In this document: piece after piece, positions 27,039 through 35,488 of the stretch
Layout: the number at the start of each line of letters is the position of its first letter
How positions within the stretch are numbered: position 1 is the first letter of the stretch
Assembly: GCA_034667245.1 (NCBI GenBank)
Contig: JAXDKI010000175.1
Span: forward strand, 1 to 52,141
Source of the DNA: Thermomicrobiales bacterium
GTDB taxonomy: Bacteria > Chloroflexota > Chloroflexia > Thermomicrobiales > UBA6265
Length of the DNA: 52,141 nt
Reading direction: 5' to 3'
Notes under the pieces: generated by a model
The model's database searches: none
What the model saw: the letters and a program-made list of their open reading frames with translations, nothing else
Told to the model about the DNA's origin: nothing
Position numbers and translations under genes: made by a program

Positions 27039-27056
27039 GGAGGGCCCCTGCCCTCC
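27039..27056. repeat. REP-like hairpin GGAGGGC-N4-GCCCTCC, copy 3
   Basis: ggagggc ccct gccctcc. Intercistronic between the binding-protein gene (stop 27259) and the aminotransferase gene (start 26996). Confidence 0.75.
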
Positions 27057-27214
27057 CTTCGTCCGCAGCCCGCGCCGGCGGCGCGACCTTCATCCCTACT
27101 CGTCCCCGGTCGCGGCGCGAAGCACCGGAGGAAGCCGGGGTACCCTCCGGGGCTTCCCTTGTGGGGAGTGTTGTGGCGTATCTGCAAGGGTGCCGTGAAT
27201 GATACGAGGCGCAC

Positions 27215-27246
27215 GACGGGCGCGGTCCAACTGGACCGCGCCCGTC
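27215..27246 (-). terminator. Intercistronic stem-loop after the binding-protein gene
   Basis: gacgggcgcggtcca ac tggaccgcgcccgtc, a perfect 15-nt inverted repeat, 12 nt downstream of the stop at 27259. Confidence 0.5.
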
Positions 27247-27258
27247 ACGGGTGTTCGA

Positions 27259-29067
27259 TTACGCCCGGTCGGGTGCCTCGCTACCGATGTAGAGCTCGGC
27301 GGGAACGGTTTGCGTCAAGGCATAGCCGGGCCAGTGCATCGCGACGATTCCATTCTCGTCGGGCTCAAGGAAGGGGCCCTTCACCCATGGCTTGATCAGC
27401 TGCACTGGTGTGCCGTGGTAGATGAAGACGGCCGGCACGTCCTCGACCAGGATCCGCTCCGCCTCCTGGAACAGCTTGATCCGTTCCTCGGTCGGACCGA
27501 GGAACGACGCCGCCTCCTTCACCTTGGCGTCGTAGTCGGCGTTGACCCAGGCGTACCGACTCGGGCTGACCCAGACGCCGAGCATGTTGAACGGGTCGAA
27601 GAAGTCCATGCCGTAGCGGACGTAGCCGAGCAGGATCTCCGTCGGCTTCGCCGTCAACGCCGACATGAAGCCCTGGTTGTCCCGCTCCAGCAGTTCGACC
27701 TCGATGCCCAGGTTCTGCTTGATCATCGCCGCGGCCGCGCCGGCGACCGTCTTGTCGAGCGGACTGGGCGCCCGCAGCCAGAGTTGTTGCTTGGGGAAGC
27801 CCGCGCCGTCGGGGAAGCCGGCCTCGGAGAGGAGTTGTTTGGCCAATTCCGGGTCGAACTTCTGGATGTCCTGCAGCCCCTCCCGGTTGGAGGCGGGGAA
27901 GCCGGGTGCCAGCCAGGAGTAGGCCGGGGTGCCGTTGGGGCCGAGGATCTGCTCCTTGATCGCGTCACGGTCGATGGCGTGGCTCCAGGCCTGCCGCACC
28001 TTCTTGTTGTCAAACGGCGCCTTGGTGACGTCGAAGAAGATGTGCCAGGTCGGGAAGTCTCCCACGCCGGAGTAGACCTCCTTCGCCGTCTCCGGGTCGT
28101 TCAGCATGATCTGGAGCGCAGCCGGCGGGGGCGCCTCCATGAAGTCGATCTCGTTGTTCTGGTACATCGTGAAGTAGGCATCGAGCGCAGCCAGCTTACA
28201 AACGACCTGGTTCACCGGAACCTGAAGCGTGCCGGTGTACTTCTCGTTCTTGGAGTAGACGATCCGCTGGTCGGGGGTCCACTCGGTGAGGATGAACGGA
28301 CCCGACGAGACCGCGGTCTCGGGCTTGGTGTTGTAGAGCGGGCCGTGCGTCTCCAGCGCCGCCTTCGACAGCGGTTGCGAGTAGAGGAGCATGGCCGGCA
28401 GGTAGGGCGCGGCGGCCTCCGTCTCGATCACCAACTCATATTCGTTGGCACCGGTGCGGACGCCGATCTGATCCGGCGGGAGGGCCTCGGTACCCTCTGC
28501 CGGCGCAACGACTGCCGACCAATTCTTAATGACGCCCTGGAAGTACCAGGTGAAGTCCCAAGCGTGCTCCGGGTCGGCGCCGTAGCGGAGGGTGGCGACG
28601 TAGTCGTTGGCGGTGACGGGATTGCCGTCGCTCCAGACCATCCCCTGGCGGATCTTGAAGGTCCAGGTCTTGCCGTCCTCGCTGCCGGTCCACGACTCCG
28701 CCGCCGCCGGCTGGAGTTGGAAGTTCTTGTCGAGGCGGACCAGCGGCTCGCTGAACAGGTCGGCGGTCACGTCGCGCTCGTAGACCTTCTCGTAAAAGTC
28801 GATGACCTTGACGACCGCCGCGTTGCCGGCAGTGACAAAGATCTGCTTCTCGGGTGGCGCGGCGTCGGCGGGGAGCTCCTGTAGCGCCCGACGTGAGAGG
28901 GTGCCCCGAGCGGCAGGAGCCGCGGTCGCGTCGCCCCTGAACATCCCGGCGCCAAACGCACCGGCGGCTGCCGCCGCCGCCCCGCCGAGCACGGCACGGC
29001 GGTGTAGACGTCGCTTGAGCAGTTCCAGGAACTCGGACTCGCTGATCGGACCGGGGTCGTTCGCCAT
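27259..29067 (-). CDS. ABC transporter substrate-binding protein, family 5, Tat-like signal
   Basis: 602 aa. RRLHRRAVLGGAAAAAAGAFG signal. GGGAG SD 7 nt upstream of ATG. Confidence 0.9.
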   Translation of the reverse strand: MANDPGPISESEFLELLKRRLHRRAVLGGAAAAAAGAFGAGMFRGDATAAPAARGTLSRRALQELPADAAPPEKQIFVTAGNAAVVKVIDFYEKVYERDVTADLFSEPLVRLDKNFQLQPAAAESWTGSEDGKTWTFKIRQGMVWSDGNPVTANDYVATLRYGADPEHAWDFTWYFQGVIKNWSAVVAPAEGTEALPPDQIGVRTGANEYELVIETEAAAPYLPAMLLYSQPLSKAALETHGPLYNTKPETAVSSGPFILTEWTPDQRIVYSKNEKYTGTLQVPVNQVVCKLAALDAYFTMYQNNEIDFMEAPPPAALQIMLNDPETAKEVYSGVGDFPTWHIFFDVTKAPFDNKKVRQAWSHAIDRDAIKEQILGPNGTPAYSWLAPGFPASNREGLQDIQKFDPELAKQLLSEAGFPDGAGFPKQQLWLRAPSPLDKTVAGAAAAMIKQNLGIEVELLERDNQGFMSALTAKPTEILLGYVRYGMDFFDPFNMLGVWVSPSRYAWVNADYDAKVKEAASFLGPTEERIKLFQEAERILVEDVPAVFIYHGTPVQLIKPWVKGPFLEPDENGIVAMHWPGYALTQTVPAELYIGSEAPDRA

Positions 29068-29233
29068 TGAAGCGCTCCCTTACTTCATTCGTGCCACCCC
29101 GCCACCAATCGTGACGCAGGTCATCCGCGTGTGAAGGGTCGGTATTCTACCGCCGACCGTCTACCCCGTCACGCCGTCTTGTTTCTTGGGTATGACGCCG
29201 TCTGAGACGGGGCCCCTCTTCAACGACTCATCC

Positions 29234-30157
29234 CTAGTTCTGGCGCGGGTCGAGCGCGTCCCGCAAGCCATCGCCGACGAAAGCGAAACCGAGGACCGCC
29301 AGCGCGATCGCCAGAGTCGGGAAGACGCCGAGGTGCCAATAGAGCTGGATGGAAGAACGGCTGTCGGCAATCATCTTGCCGAGACTCGGCGTTGGTTCGT
29401 TGATACCGAGACCGAGGAAACTGAGTCCGGCCTCGGCAAAGATCGCGATTGGCATCAGGAGTGTCACCGCGATAATCAGCGGCGGGACCGCGTTCGGCAG
29501 CAGGTGGCGTACCGCGATCTGGAAGTCGGTGGCCCCCAGGCTTCGCGCCGCCGTCACGTACTCACGCTCTCGCAACGAGATGATCTGCGCCCGCGTCAAT
29601 CGGCAGAGCCCGACCCAGCTCGTCACCCCGATGACGATGGCGACGTTGAGGACCTGATTCCCGAAGAGGGCTTTGAGCACGCCGCTGGTGACGACCGAGA
29701 GCAGGAACATCGCGAAGAGGATTCCCGGGAAGGCCGTCATCACCTGCACGGCGAAGAGGACGACGGTGTCGGTGAACCCGCCGCGCAGTCCGGCGGCGAG
29801 TCCCAGCGGTACGCCGACGAGACAGGCGACGCCGACCGCGAGGAAGCCGACGAGGAACGAGGTTCGAATGCCGAAGATGGTGCGGCTGAGGTAATTGTGG
29901 CCGATGGGGTCGGTGCCGAAGGGGTAGTCCCAACTCGGGAACTTGTTGGCGGACATCAGATCGGCGTCAGCGTAGCCGGTCGGTGCGACGATCGGCGCAA
30001 AGACAGCGGCGAGGACAAGGATGAGCACAATCAGCAGCCCGGCCAACGCCAGCTTTTGCCGGGCAAAACGGCGCATCGCGAACTCGAAGTTCGTCCGGGA
30101 TCGCGTCGGCCGGTCGAGACTGAACTCCCGCGTCGTCGCGGCGGCGGCTGTCTCCAC
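29234..30157 (-). CDS. ABC transporter permease (DppC/OppC-like)
   Basis: 307 aa. GTG start with GGAG SD. C-terminal GDGLRDALDPR. Confidence 0.9.
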   Translation of the reverse strand: METAAAATTREFSLDRPTRSRTNFEFAMRRFARQKLALAGLLIVLILVLAAVFAPIVAPTGYADADLMSANKFPSWDYPFGTDPIGHNYLSRTIFGIRTSFLVGFLAVGVACLVGVPLGLAAGLRGGFTDTVVLFAVQVMTAFPGILFAMFLLSVVTSGVLKALFGNQVLNVAIVIGVTSWVGLCRLTRAQIISLREREYVTAARSLGATDFQIAVRHLLPNAVPPLIIAVTLLMPIAIFAEAGLSFLGLGINEPTPSLGKMIADSRSSIQLYWHLGVFPTLAIALAVLGFAFVGDGLRDALDPRQN

Positions 30158-30169
30158 GGCGCCCAGCTC

Positions 30170-31108
30170 CTAGACCTTGACCCGAGTGCCCGTGAGACGG
30201 ATTCTCGGGTCGAGGACCGTGTAGAGGATGTCGGTCAGCAGGTAAGTGAGCCCCCAAAGCACGGCGATCAGAAGCGTGACGGCCAGGATCATCGGGTAGT
30301 CACGACTGAGCATGCTCGTCGCGAAGTACCCGCCGAGACCAGGAATGCGGAAGACCGACTCGATGAAGATCGATCCGGTGAGAATATTCGGGATCTCGGG
30401 CAGCAGCACCGTCACCCAGGGGATCAGCGAGTTGCGGGCGACGTGCGACAGCAAAACGCGTCGCTCGCCCAGCCCTTTCGCCCGTGCCGTCCGGACGTAG
30501 TCCGCCCGCAGTACCTCCAGGATGCTGACCCGGGTGTAGCGCGCGACGAGGGCCATCGGCGCCAGCGAGTAGGCGGCAACCGGCATGAGGTAGTGCTTCC
30601 AATCGCCCCATCCACCGGTCGGCAGCAACTTGAGCTGGACGCTGAGGAGCAAGATCAGCCAGATCCCGATCACCCAGCTCTGCACGGTCAGGCCAAGCGT
30701 CCCGACCGTGGTGACCAGGTAATCGATCCAGCTGTTCTGCCGAACCGCTGCCACAAAACCGAAGAACGTCCCAAACGTGTAGGCGACGAGGATCGTGGGG
30801 ATGCCGATCTTGATCGTCACCGGCCAGCGGCTGCCGATCAGACTGGTGACGGTCTCGGTCGGTCGCTGGAACGGCACGCCGAAGTCGAAGTGTAGAACGT
30901 GCCAGATGTACTTGACGTACTGGACGAGGATCGGCTGATCGAGACCGTACTTGCGGAGCTGCGCCTGCCGCGTCGCCTCCGGCAACCGCCGTTCGCTGAT
31001 GTCGAACGGGCCGCCCGGTACGGCGTGCATGAGAAAGAAGGCGATCAGCGAGACCGCGAGGAGGACGAAGATAAGACTGATCAGCCGCCCCAGGATGTAG
31101 CGAGCCAT
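30170..31108 (-). CDS. ABC transporter permease (DppB/OppB-like)
   Basis: 312 aa. MARYILGRLISLIFVLLAV N-terminus. C-terminal DPRIR. AAGGTG SD. Confidence 0.9.
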   Translation of the reverse strand: MARYILGRLISLIFVLLAVSLIAFFLMHAVPGGPFDISERRLPEATRQAQLRKYGLDQPILVQYVKYIWHVLHFDFGVPFQRPTETVTSLIGSRWPVTIKIGIPTILVAYTFGTFFGFVAAVRQNSWIDYLVTTVGTLGLTVQSWVIGIWLILLLSVQLKLLPTGGWGDWKHYLMPVAAYSLAPMALVARYTRVSILEVLRADYVRTARAKGLGERRVLLSHVARNSLIPWVTVLLPEIPNILTGSIFIESVFRIPGLGGYFATSMLSRDYPMILAVTLLIAVLWGLTYLLTDILYTVLDPRIRLTGTRVKV

Positions 31109-31315
31109 GCGTCACCTTCTGCGCTGACGACCGGCATCACGTCAGGCTCGTCGCACGAAGTACCTGTTCCTACGGCAAGGTCGAGGTCGTTGAGAGCATA
31201 GATTACCGTTTCTGGAGGTTGAGCGTATACCACGGTGAGGTGCGCGTGCCGAACTTGGTCTCCGCGGCACCTCATTGTGACACTCTGTGGATTACTTGCA
31301 ACGCCTCACGTGCGC

Positions 31316-31344
31316 TTGACACAGTCGTGGACGGACGGCATGAT
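31316..31344 (+). promoter_or_regulatory. Candidate promoter for the sugar ABC operon
   Basis: TTGACA (31316-31321), 17 nt spacer, CATGAT (31339-31344), about 100 nt upstream of ATG 31444. Confidence 0.3.
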
Positions 31345-31443
31345 GCCCGCGCACCGGAGGTCAAGGTTCTCGTTGCTCGGTCCATTCGCTGCGGGTGAGG
31401 CGCCGGTCAGAGCGAAGTCCCGCGTTCGGCAAGGAGCGAGGAA

Positions 31444-32739
31444 ATGGTACGAACGTTGAATCGTCGGCAGTTCGTTGGAACCGCCGCGGGCGCGGCGGCC
31501 GGGCTCTCGCTCGGTCTGCCAAACCTCGGCACCAGGTCGGCGCTCGCTGCGACCGAGATCAACTGGGCAGTCAACGCCTGGGCACCGACCGAGACCAGTC
31601 TCGTCGAGAAAGTCGTCGCAAACCTTATGGCGATGAATCCCGAGCTCAAGGTCGACGTCCTCGGCTATGATCCGAACACCTACGATCAGAAGCTCCTCGC
31701 CGACATCGTGGCCGGCACGCTGCCCGACATCTTCGTTAGCGCAGACGTCTACACCAAGCCCTTCTTCGACGCTAATCTGACCGCCGACCTCAAACCGTTC
31801 ATGGACAAGACCGGGCCGAAGATCGAGGAGTTCGACGAGAAGTTCATCGCTCTCGCCCAGTACGATGGCAAGGTCGGCTTCCTGCCGCGCGCCGCCGACG
31901 TGGTCGTCCTCTATTACAACAAGCGAATGTTCGACGAGGCCGGCGTGGCCTACCCGACCGAGGACTGGACGCTCGACGACCAGATGAGCGCCGCTGAGAA
32001 GCTGACGAAGAAGGCCTCCGACGGGACGACCACGCAGTACGGTCTGACGGCCAACTACACCTGGTGGGCATACTGGGTGCCACTCGTCGTCGCACAGGGC
32101 GGCCAAATCCTCAGCGAGGACAACACCAAAGCGGTGTTCAACTCGCCGGAAGGTATCAGTGCCTGGGACTTCATCTTCAGCGGTCTCAAGAACGGTTTCT
32201 TTGTTCCCTATTCGGTTCAGCAGTCGATGGGCGGTGATTCCGTCCCGTTCGCGAACGGCACCGCCGCGATGATCCCAACGATTCGCGGCCTGACCCCCTC
32301 ATTCCGCGAACAGCTCAAGGACGACTGGGACGTGACCCTGGTGCCGAAGGGCAAGGTCGACCGCAAGACCGGCATGGGAACGATGGGTTACGCGATGTCG
32401 TCCCAGACGAAGAACCCCGAGGCAGCCTGGGAGGTTCTCAACTACACCTTCACCGAAGGGATGAAGGTCTTCATGGAGACCTACCTCCTGATCCCGCCGA
32501 TCAAGAGCTTCTACGATGATCCGACCTGGCGCAATCTCCCCGGTCCGCCCTACAGCAACGACATCTTCGTCACCGCGATGGACACCGCCATGCTGCCGCC
32601 GAGTCTGCCCTTCTACAGCACCGGCCCCTTCAACCAGGCGATGAAAGACGGTCTCGACGCGGTGGTCCTGGGCCAGATGACGACCGAAGAGGCCGTCAAC
32701 CGGATGGCCGAGGAAGCCACCAACGCGCTGAAAAGCTGA
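31444..32739 (+). CDS. Sugar ABC transporter substrate-binding protein (family 1 / CUT1), Tat signal
   Basis: 431 aa. LNRRQFVGTAAGAAAGLSLG signal. AAGGAG SD. Confidence 0.9.
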   Translation: MVRTLNRRQFVGTAAGAAAGLSLGLPNLGTRSALAATEINWAVNAWAPTETSLVEKVVANLMAMNPELKVDVLGYDPNTYDQKLLADIVAGTLPDIFVSADVYTKPFFDANLTADLKPFMDKTGPKIEEFDEKFIALAQYDGKVGFLPRAADVVVLYYNKRMFDEAGVAYPTEDWTLDDQMSAAEKLTKKASDGTTTQYGLTANYTWWAYWVPLVVAQGGQILSEDNTKAVFNSPEGISAWDFIFSGLKNGFFVPYSVQQSMGGDSVPFANGTAAMIPTIRGLTPSFREQLKDDWDVTLVPKGKVDRKTGMGTMGYAMSSQTKNPEAAWEVLNYTFTEGMKVFMETYLLIPPIKSFYDDPTWRNLPGPPYSNDIFVTAMDTAMLPPSLPFYSTGPFNQAMKDGLDAVVLGQMTTEEAVNRMAEEATNALKS

Positions 32740-32745
32740 CGTTTT

Positions 32746-32866
32746 GAGTCGTTAGTCGTCGGTCGTCAGTCGTCAGAACGGAGTTTCAGAGTCGCACGTG
32801 ACAAGAAGCGACGGCTTGGAGCTTGCCACGTGCGACTGACGACTGACGACCGACGACTGACGACTC
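32746..32866. repeat. Heptad-armed inverted-repeat element, copy A (121 bp)
   Basis: The 31-nt arms at 32746-32776 and 32836-32866 are reverse complements with 1 mismatch. The arms are tandem (A/G)GTCGTC heptads. There is an inner 11-bp stem at 32790-32800 / 32827-32837. Confidence 0.9.
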
Positions 32867-32882
32867 GCCCGTAGGAGGCACG

Positions 32883-33809
32883 ATGGCGCTGTCGCAGGCG
32901 ATGCCTCGGGTGCGTCAACGCACCCGGTTTCGACTGGGAGCGAATCGCGATTGGCCGTGGGCGCTTTTTTTCCTCGCCCCCAATCTCATCCTCTTTCTCG
33001 TGTTTTTTGCCTACCCCATCGTCTACGGGTTGTACATCAGTCTCTTCGACTGGAAAATCATCGGGCCCAAGAAGTGGGTCGGGATCGGTAATTATGTCGA
33101 CTTCTTTGGGGACGACCTGACCCGGAAGCTCCTCTGGAACTCGATCTACTACGTCGTCGGCTCGACCGTTCCGTTGATCCTCCTCTCGCTCGGTATCGCG
33201 ACGCTGCTCAACACCGTCGTCTACGGCAAGTACGCCTGGCGGGGACTCTACTTCCTGCCCCTCGTGTCGTCGCCGGTGGCCGCGGCGGCCGTCTGGAAGT
33301 GGCTCTATGCCAAGGACCAGGGGCTGATCAACTACGCCTTTGTCCAACTCGGCGGCGATCGCATCGACTGGTTGTACAACACGCGCTGGGCGCTCCCGTC
33401 GCTGATCCTGATGACGATCTGGCAGCTCCTCCCCTTCAACACGATCGTCTATCTGGCTGGGTTGCAGGAGGTTCCGCGGTCGCTTTACGACGCCGCCGAG
33501 GTCGACGGCGCAACCGGCTGGCGGAAATTCCGCGACATCACCATCCCGCTCGTGACGCCGACGACCTTTTTTGTCATCATGATCACCCTCTTCAGCCTTC
33601 TCTTCGGCAGCTTCGACATCATCAACGTGATGACACAAGGCGGCCCGATCGATTCGACCAATGTCTTCGTCTACAACATCTATCAAAACGCCTTCAAGTT
33701 CTTCAGAATGGGCTACGCCTCGGCCGAGGCGTATCTCCTGTTCCTCGTCGTCTTCGTCCTAACGTTGGGCAACTGGGCTTTGCAGAAACGGTGGGTGCAC
33801 TACGAATGA
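32883..33809 (+). CDS. Carbohydrate ABC transporter permease (MalF/UgpA-like)
   Basis: 308 aa. AGGAGG SD. EAA loop region SLYDAAEVDGATGWRKFRDITIPL. Confidence 0.9.
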   Translation: MALSQAMPRVRQRTRFRLGANRDWPWALFFLAPNLILFLVFFAYPIVYGLYISLFDWKIIGPKKWVGIGNYVDFFGDDLTRKLLWNSIYYVVGSTVPLILLSLGIATLLNTVVYGKYAWRGLYFLPLVSSPVAAAAVWKWLYAKDQGLINYAFVQLGGDRIDWLYNTRWALPSLILMTIWQLLPFNTIVYLAGLQEVPRSLYDAAEVDGATGWRKFRDITIPLVTPTTFFVIMITLFSLLFGSFDIINVMTQGGPIDSTNVFVYNIYQNAFKFFRMGYASAEAYLLFLVVFVLTLGNWALQKRWVHYE

Positions 33810-34642
33810 GCGACAAGCGCTTCCGGTTCACACCGTCCTGGCTGGTTCTCTACCCGTTGCTCGTCCTCGGCGCGCTGGCGGCCGTCATCCCTTTCCTCTG
33901 GACCCTTTCGACGTCCCTCAAGGGTCCGGAAGAGGTCTTCGCCTATCCGCCCCGCTGGATCCCCAGCCCGTTCGTCTGGTCCAACTACGCTGACGCGTTC
34001 CACATCATCAGCGGGCGAACGTTCCTCAATTCCGTGATCTTCGCGGCGAGCATCGTCCTCTTCCAAGGGCTCGTGACGACGATGGGCGGATTCGCCTTTG
34101 CCCGCCTTCGCTTCCCCTTCCGCGACCAGGTCTTTCTCCTCTATCTCGGCACGATGATGATCCCACCCCAGGTGACGATGATCCCCACCTTCATCGTCGT
34201 CGTCGAGCTGGGCTGGATCAACACCTACCAGGGACTGATCGTCCCGATCGTCGCCCAGGGCGCGTTCGGCACCTTCATGTTCCGGCAGTTCTTCGCCAAG
34301 ATCCCGAACGAGCTCTACGAGTCGGCCCGTCTGGACGGCGCCAACCCGCTGCAGCTCTACTTGCAGTTGACGCTTCCTCTGAGCCGGCCGGTCCTGACTG
34401 CCTACGGCGTCATCACCTTCCTTACCGCCTGGAACATGTACCTCTGGCCGCTGATCGTCGTTCGCTCCACCGAGATGAAGGTCGTCCCCATGGCGATCGC
34501 CGAGCTCGCCGGTGGCTTCTCGCGGGATCGCGGGGTCGAGATGGCCGCGGTCTCACTCTCGATCTTGCCGATTCTCGTCCTCTGGGTCATCGGCCAACGG
34601 TGGTTCGTCGAAGGGATCGCCCTGACCGGCATGAAGGGATAG
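33806..34642 (+). CDS. Carbohydrate ABC transporter permease (MalG/UgpE-like)
   Basis: ATG at 33806 overlaps the upstream TGA (ATGA). EAA loop ELYESARLDGANPLQLYLQLTLPL. Confidence 0.9.
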   Translation: MSDKRFRFTPSWLVLYPLLVLGALAAVIPFLWTLSTSLKGPEEVFAYPPRWIPSPFVWSNYADAFHIISGRTFLNSVIFAASIVLFQGLVTTMGGFAFARLRFPFRDQVFLLYLGTMMIPPQVTMIPTFIVVVELGWINTYQGLIVPIVAQGAFGTFMFRQFFAKIPNELYESARLDGANPLQLYLQLTLPLSRPVLTAYGVITFLTAWNMYLWPLIVVRSTEMKVVPMAIAELAGGFSRDRGVEMAAVSLSILPILVLWVIGQRWFVEGIALTGMKG

Positions 34643-34646
34643 GTAC

Positions 34647-34671
34647 GAGCTTTGAGCTTTGAGCTTCGAGC
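34647..34671 (+). repeat. Tandem heptad repeat (GAGCTTT)x3.5
   Basis: gagcttt gagcttt gagcttc gagc, between the permease stop (34642) and the preferred isomerase start (34691). Confidence 0.75.
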
Positions 34672-34690
34672 GGGACAACGGGAGGGACAA

Positions 34691-35488
34691 TTGGCGTTAC
34701 GGTTCGCGTACAGCACGATCAACTGGGGTGAGACACCCGATCTGGAGACGACCTTCGGGGAGATCCGGGAGGCCGGGTGGGACGCCGTCGAACTCTTCTG
34801 GCACTCGCTCGACTGGCTGGGGCCGATGCCACGGCTGCTGACCGCGCTGGGCGATCTTCAAGTTGCCACACTCTTCGGCGCGGTCAGCCTGCCGACCGAC
34901 CGCGTTCAGCTGACGAAGCTGAAGAACCACGTCGACTACGCGGCCGAGCTCGGCGCCGAGGCATTTGGCATGGTCGGTGGCAACCGCTTGCGCTGGCGAC
35001 CGCCGTCCGACGCCGAGTACAGCGATCTCGCCCGGTTCTGCGAAGAACTCGCCGAGTACGGGGCGGAGCGCGGAGTCACTATCGCCTATCACCCGCACGT
35101 CGCCTGCACGATCGAGACGGAGGAGGAGATCGATCGCTTGATGGCGGAGACAAGTGCACTCACCCTCTGCCTCGATGCCTCGCACATCGCCCTCGTCGAC
35201 GAAGACCCGATCGCCCACATGGGGAAGTACCGGTCGCGTACTGGGTACATCCACCTCAAGGACTGGGCACGGGGCAAGTTCGTCGAGATGGGTCAAGGCA
35301 CGCTCGGGATCGACTTCGGCGCGATCCTCCGCGACCTCGAAGACCATCAGTTCGGTGGCTGGGTCGTCGTGGAGCAGAGTCGCAGCGACGTCTCCCCCGC
35401 AGCAAGCGCGCAGACCAACGCCGCCTTCCTCCAGAGTCTCGGCTATTCGCTGCGGCAACCGACTGCCGCCGCGCGGGGAGTCGGCTGA
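34691..35488 (+). CDS. Sugar phosphate isomerase/epimerase (xylose isomerase-like TIM barrel)
   Basis: The ORF is open from TTG 34652. TTG 34691 follows GGGAGGGA and gives MALRFAYSTINWG, a typical N-terminus. HPH and HLKD metal-ligand contexts. Confidence 0.82.
   Translation: MALRFAYSTINWGETPDLETTFGEIREAGWDAVELFWHSLDWLGPMPRLLTALGDLQVATLFGAVSLPTDRVQLTKLKNHVDYAAELGAEAFGMVGGNRLRWRPPSDAEYSDLARFCEELAEYGAERGVTIAYHPHVACTIETEEEIDRLMAETSALTLCLDASHIALVDEDPIAHMGKYRSRTGYIHLKDWARGKFVEMGQGTLGIDFGAILRDLEDHQFGGWVVVEQSRSDVSPAASAQTNAAFLQSLGYSLRQPTAAARGVG

Noticed and set aside
31109-31443. Small ORFs 31081..31275(-) and 31235..31459(+) in the 335-nt divergent spacer, and direct repeats TGACAC-N3/4-GTGG (about 31279-31291 and 31317-31330) considered as operator sites.
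   Set aside because: The ORFs are compositionally atypical and overlap promoter-like sequence. The repeats are short and no cognate regulator is encoded nearby.
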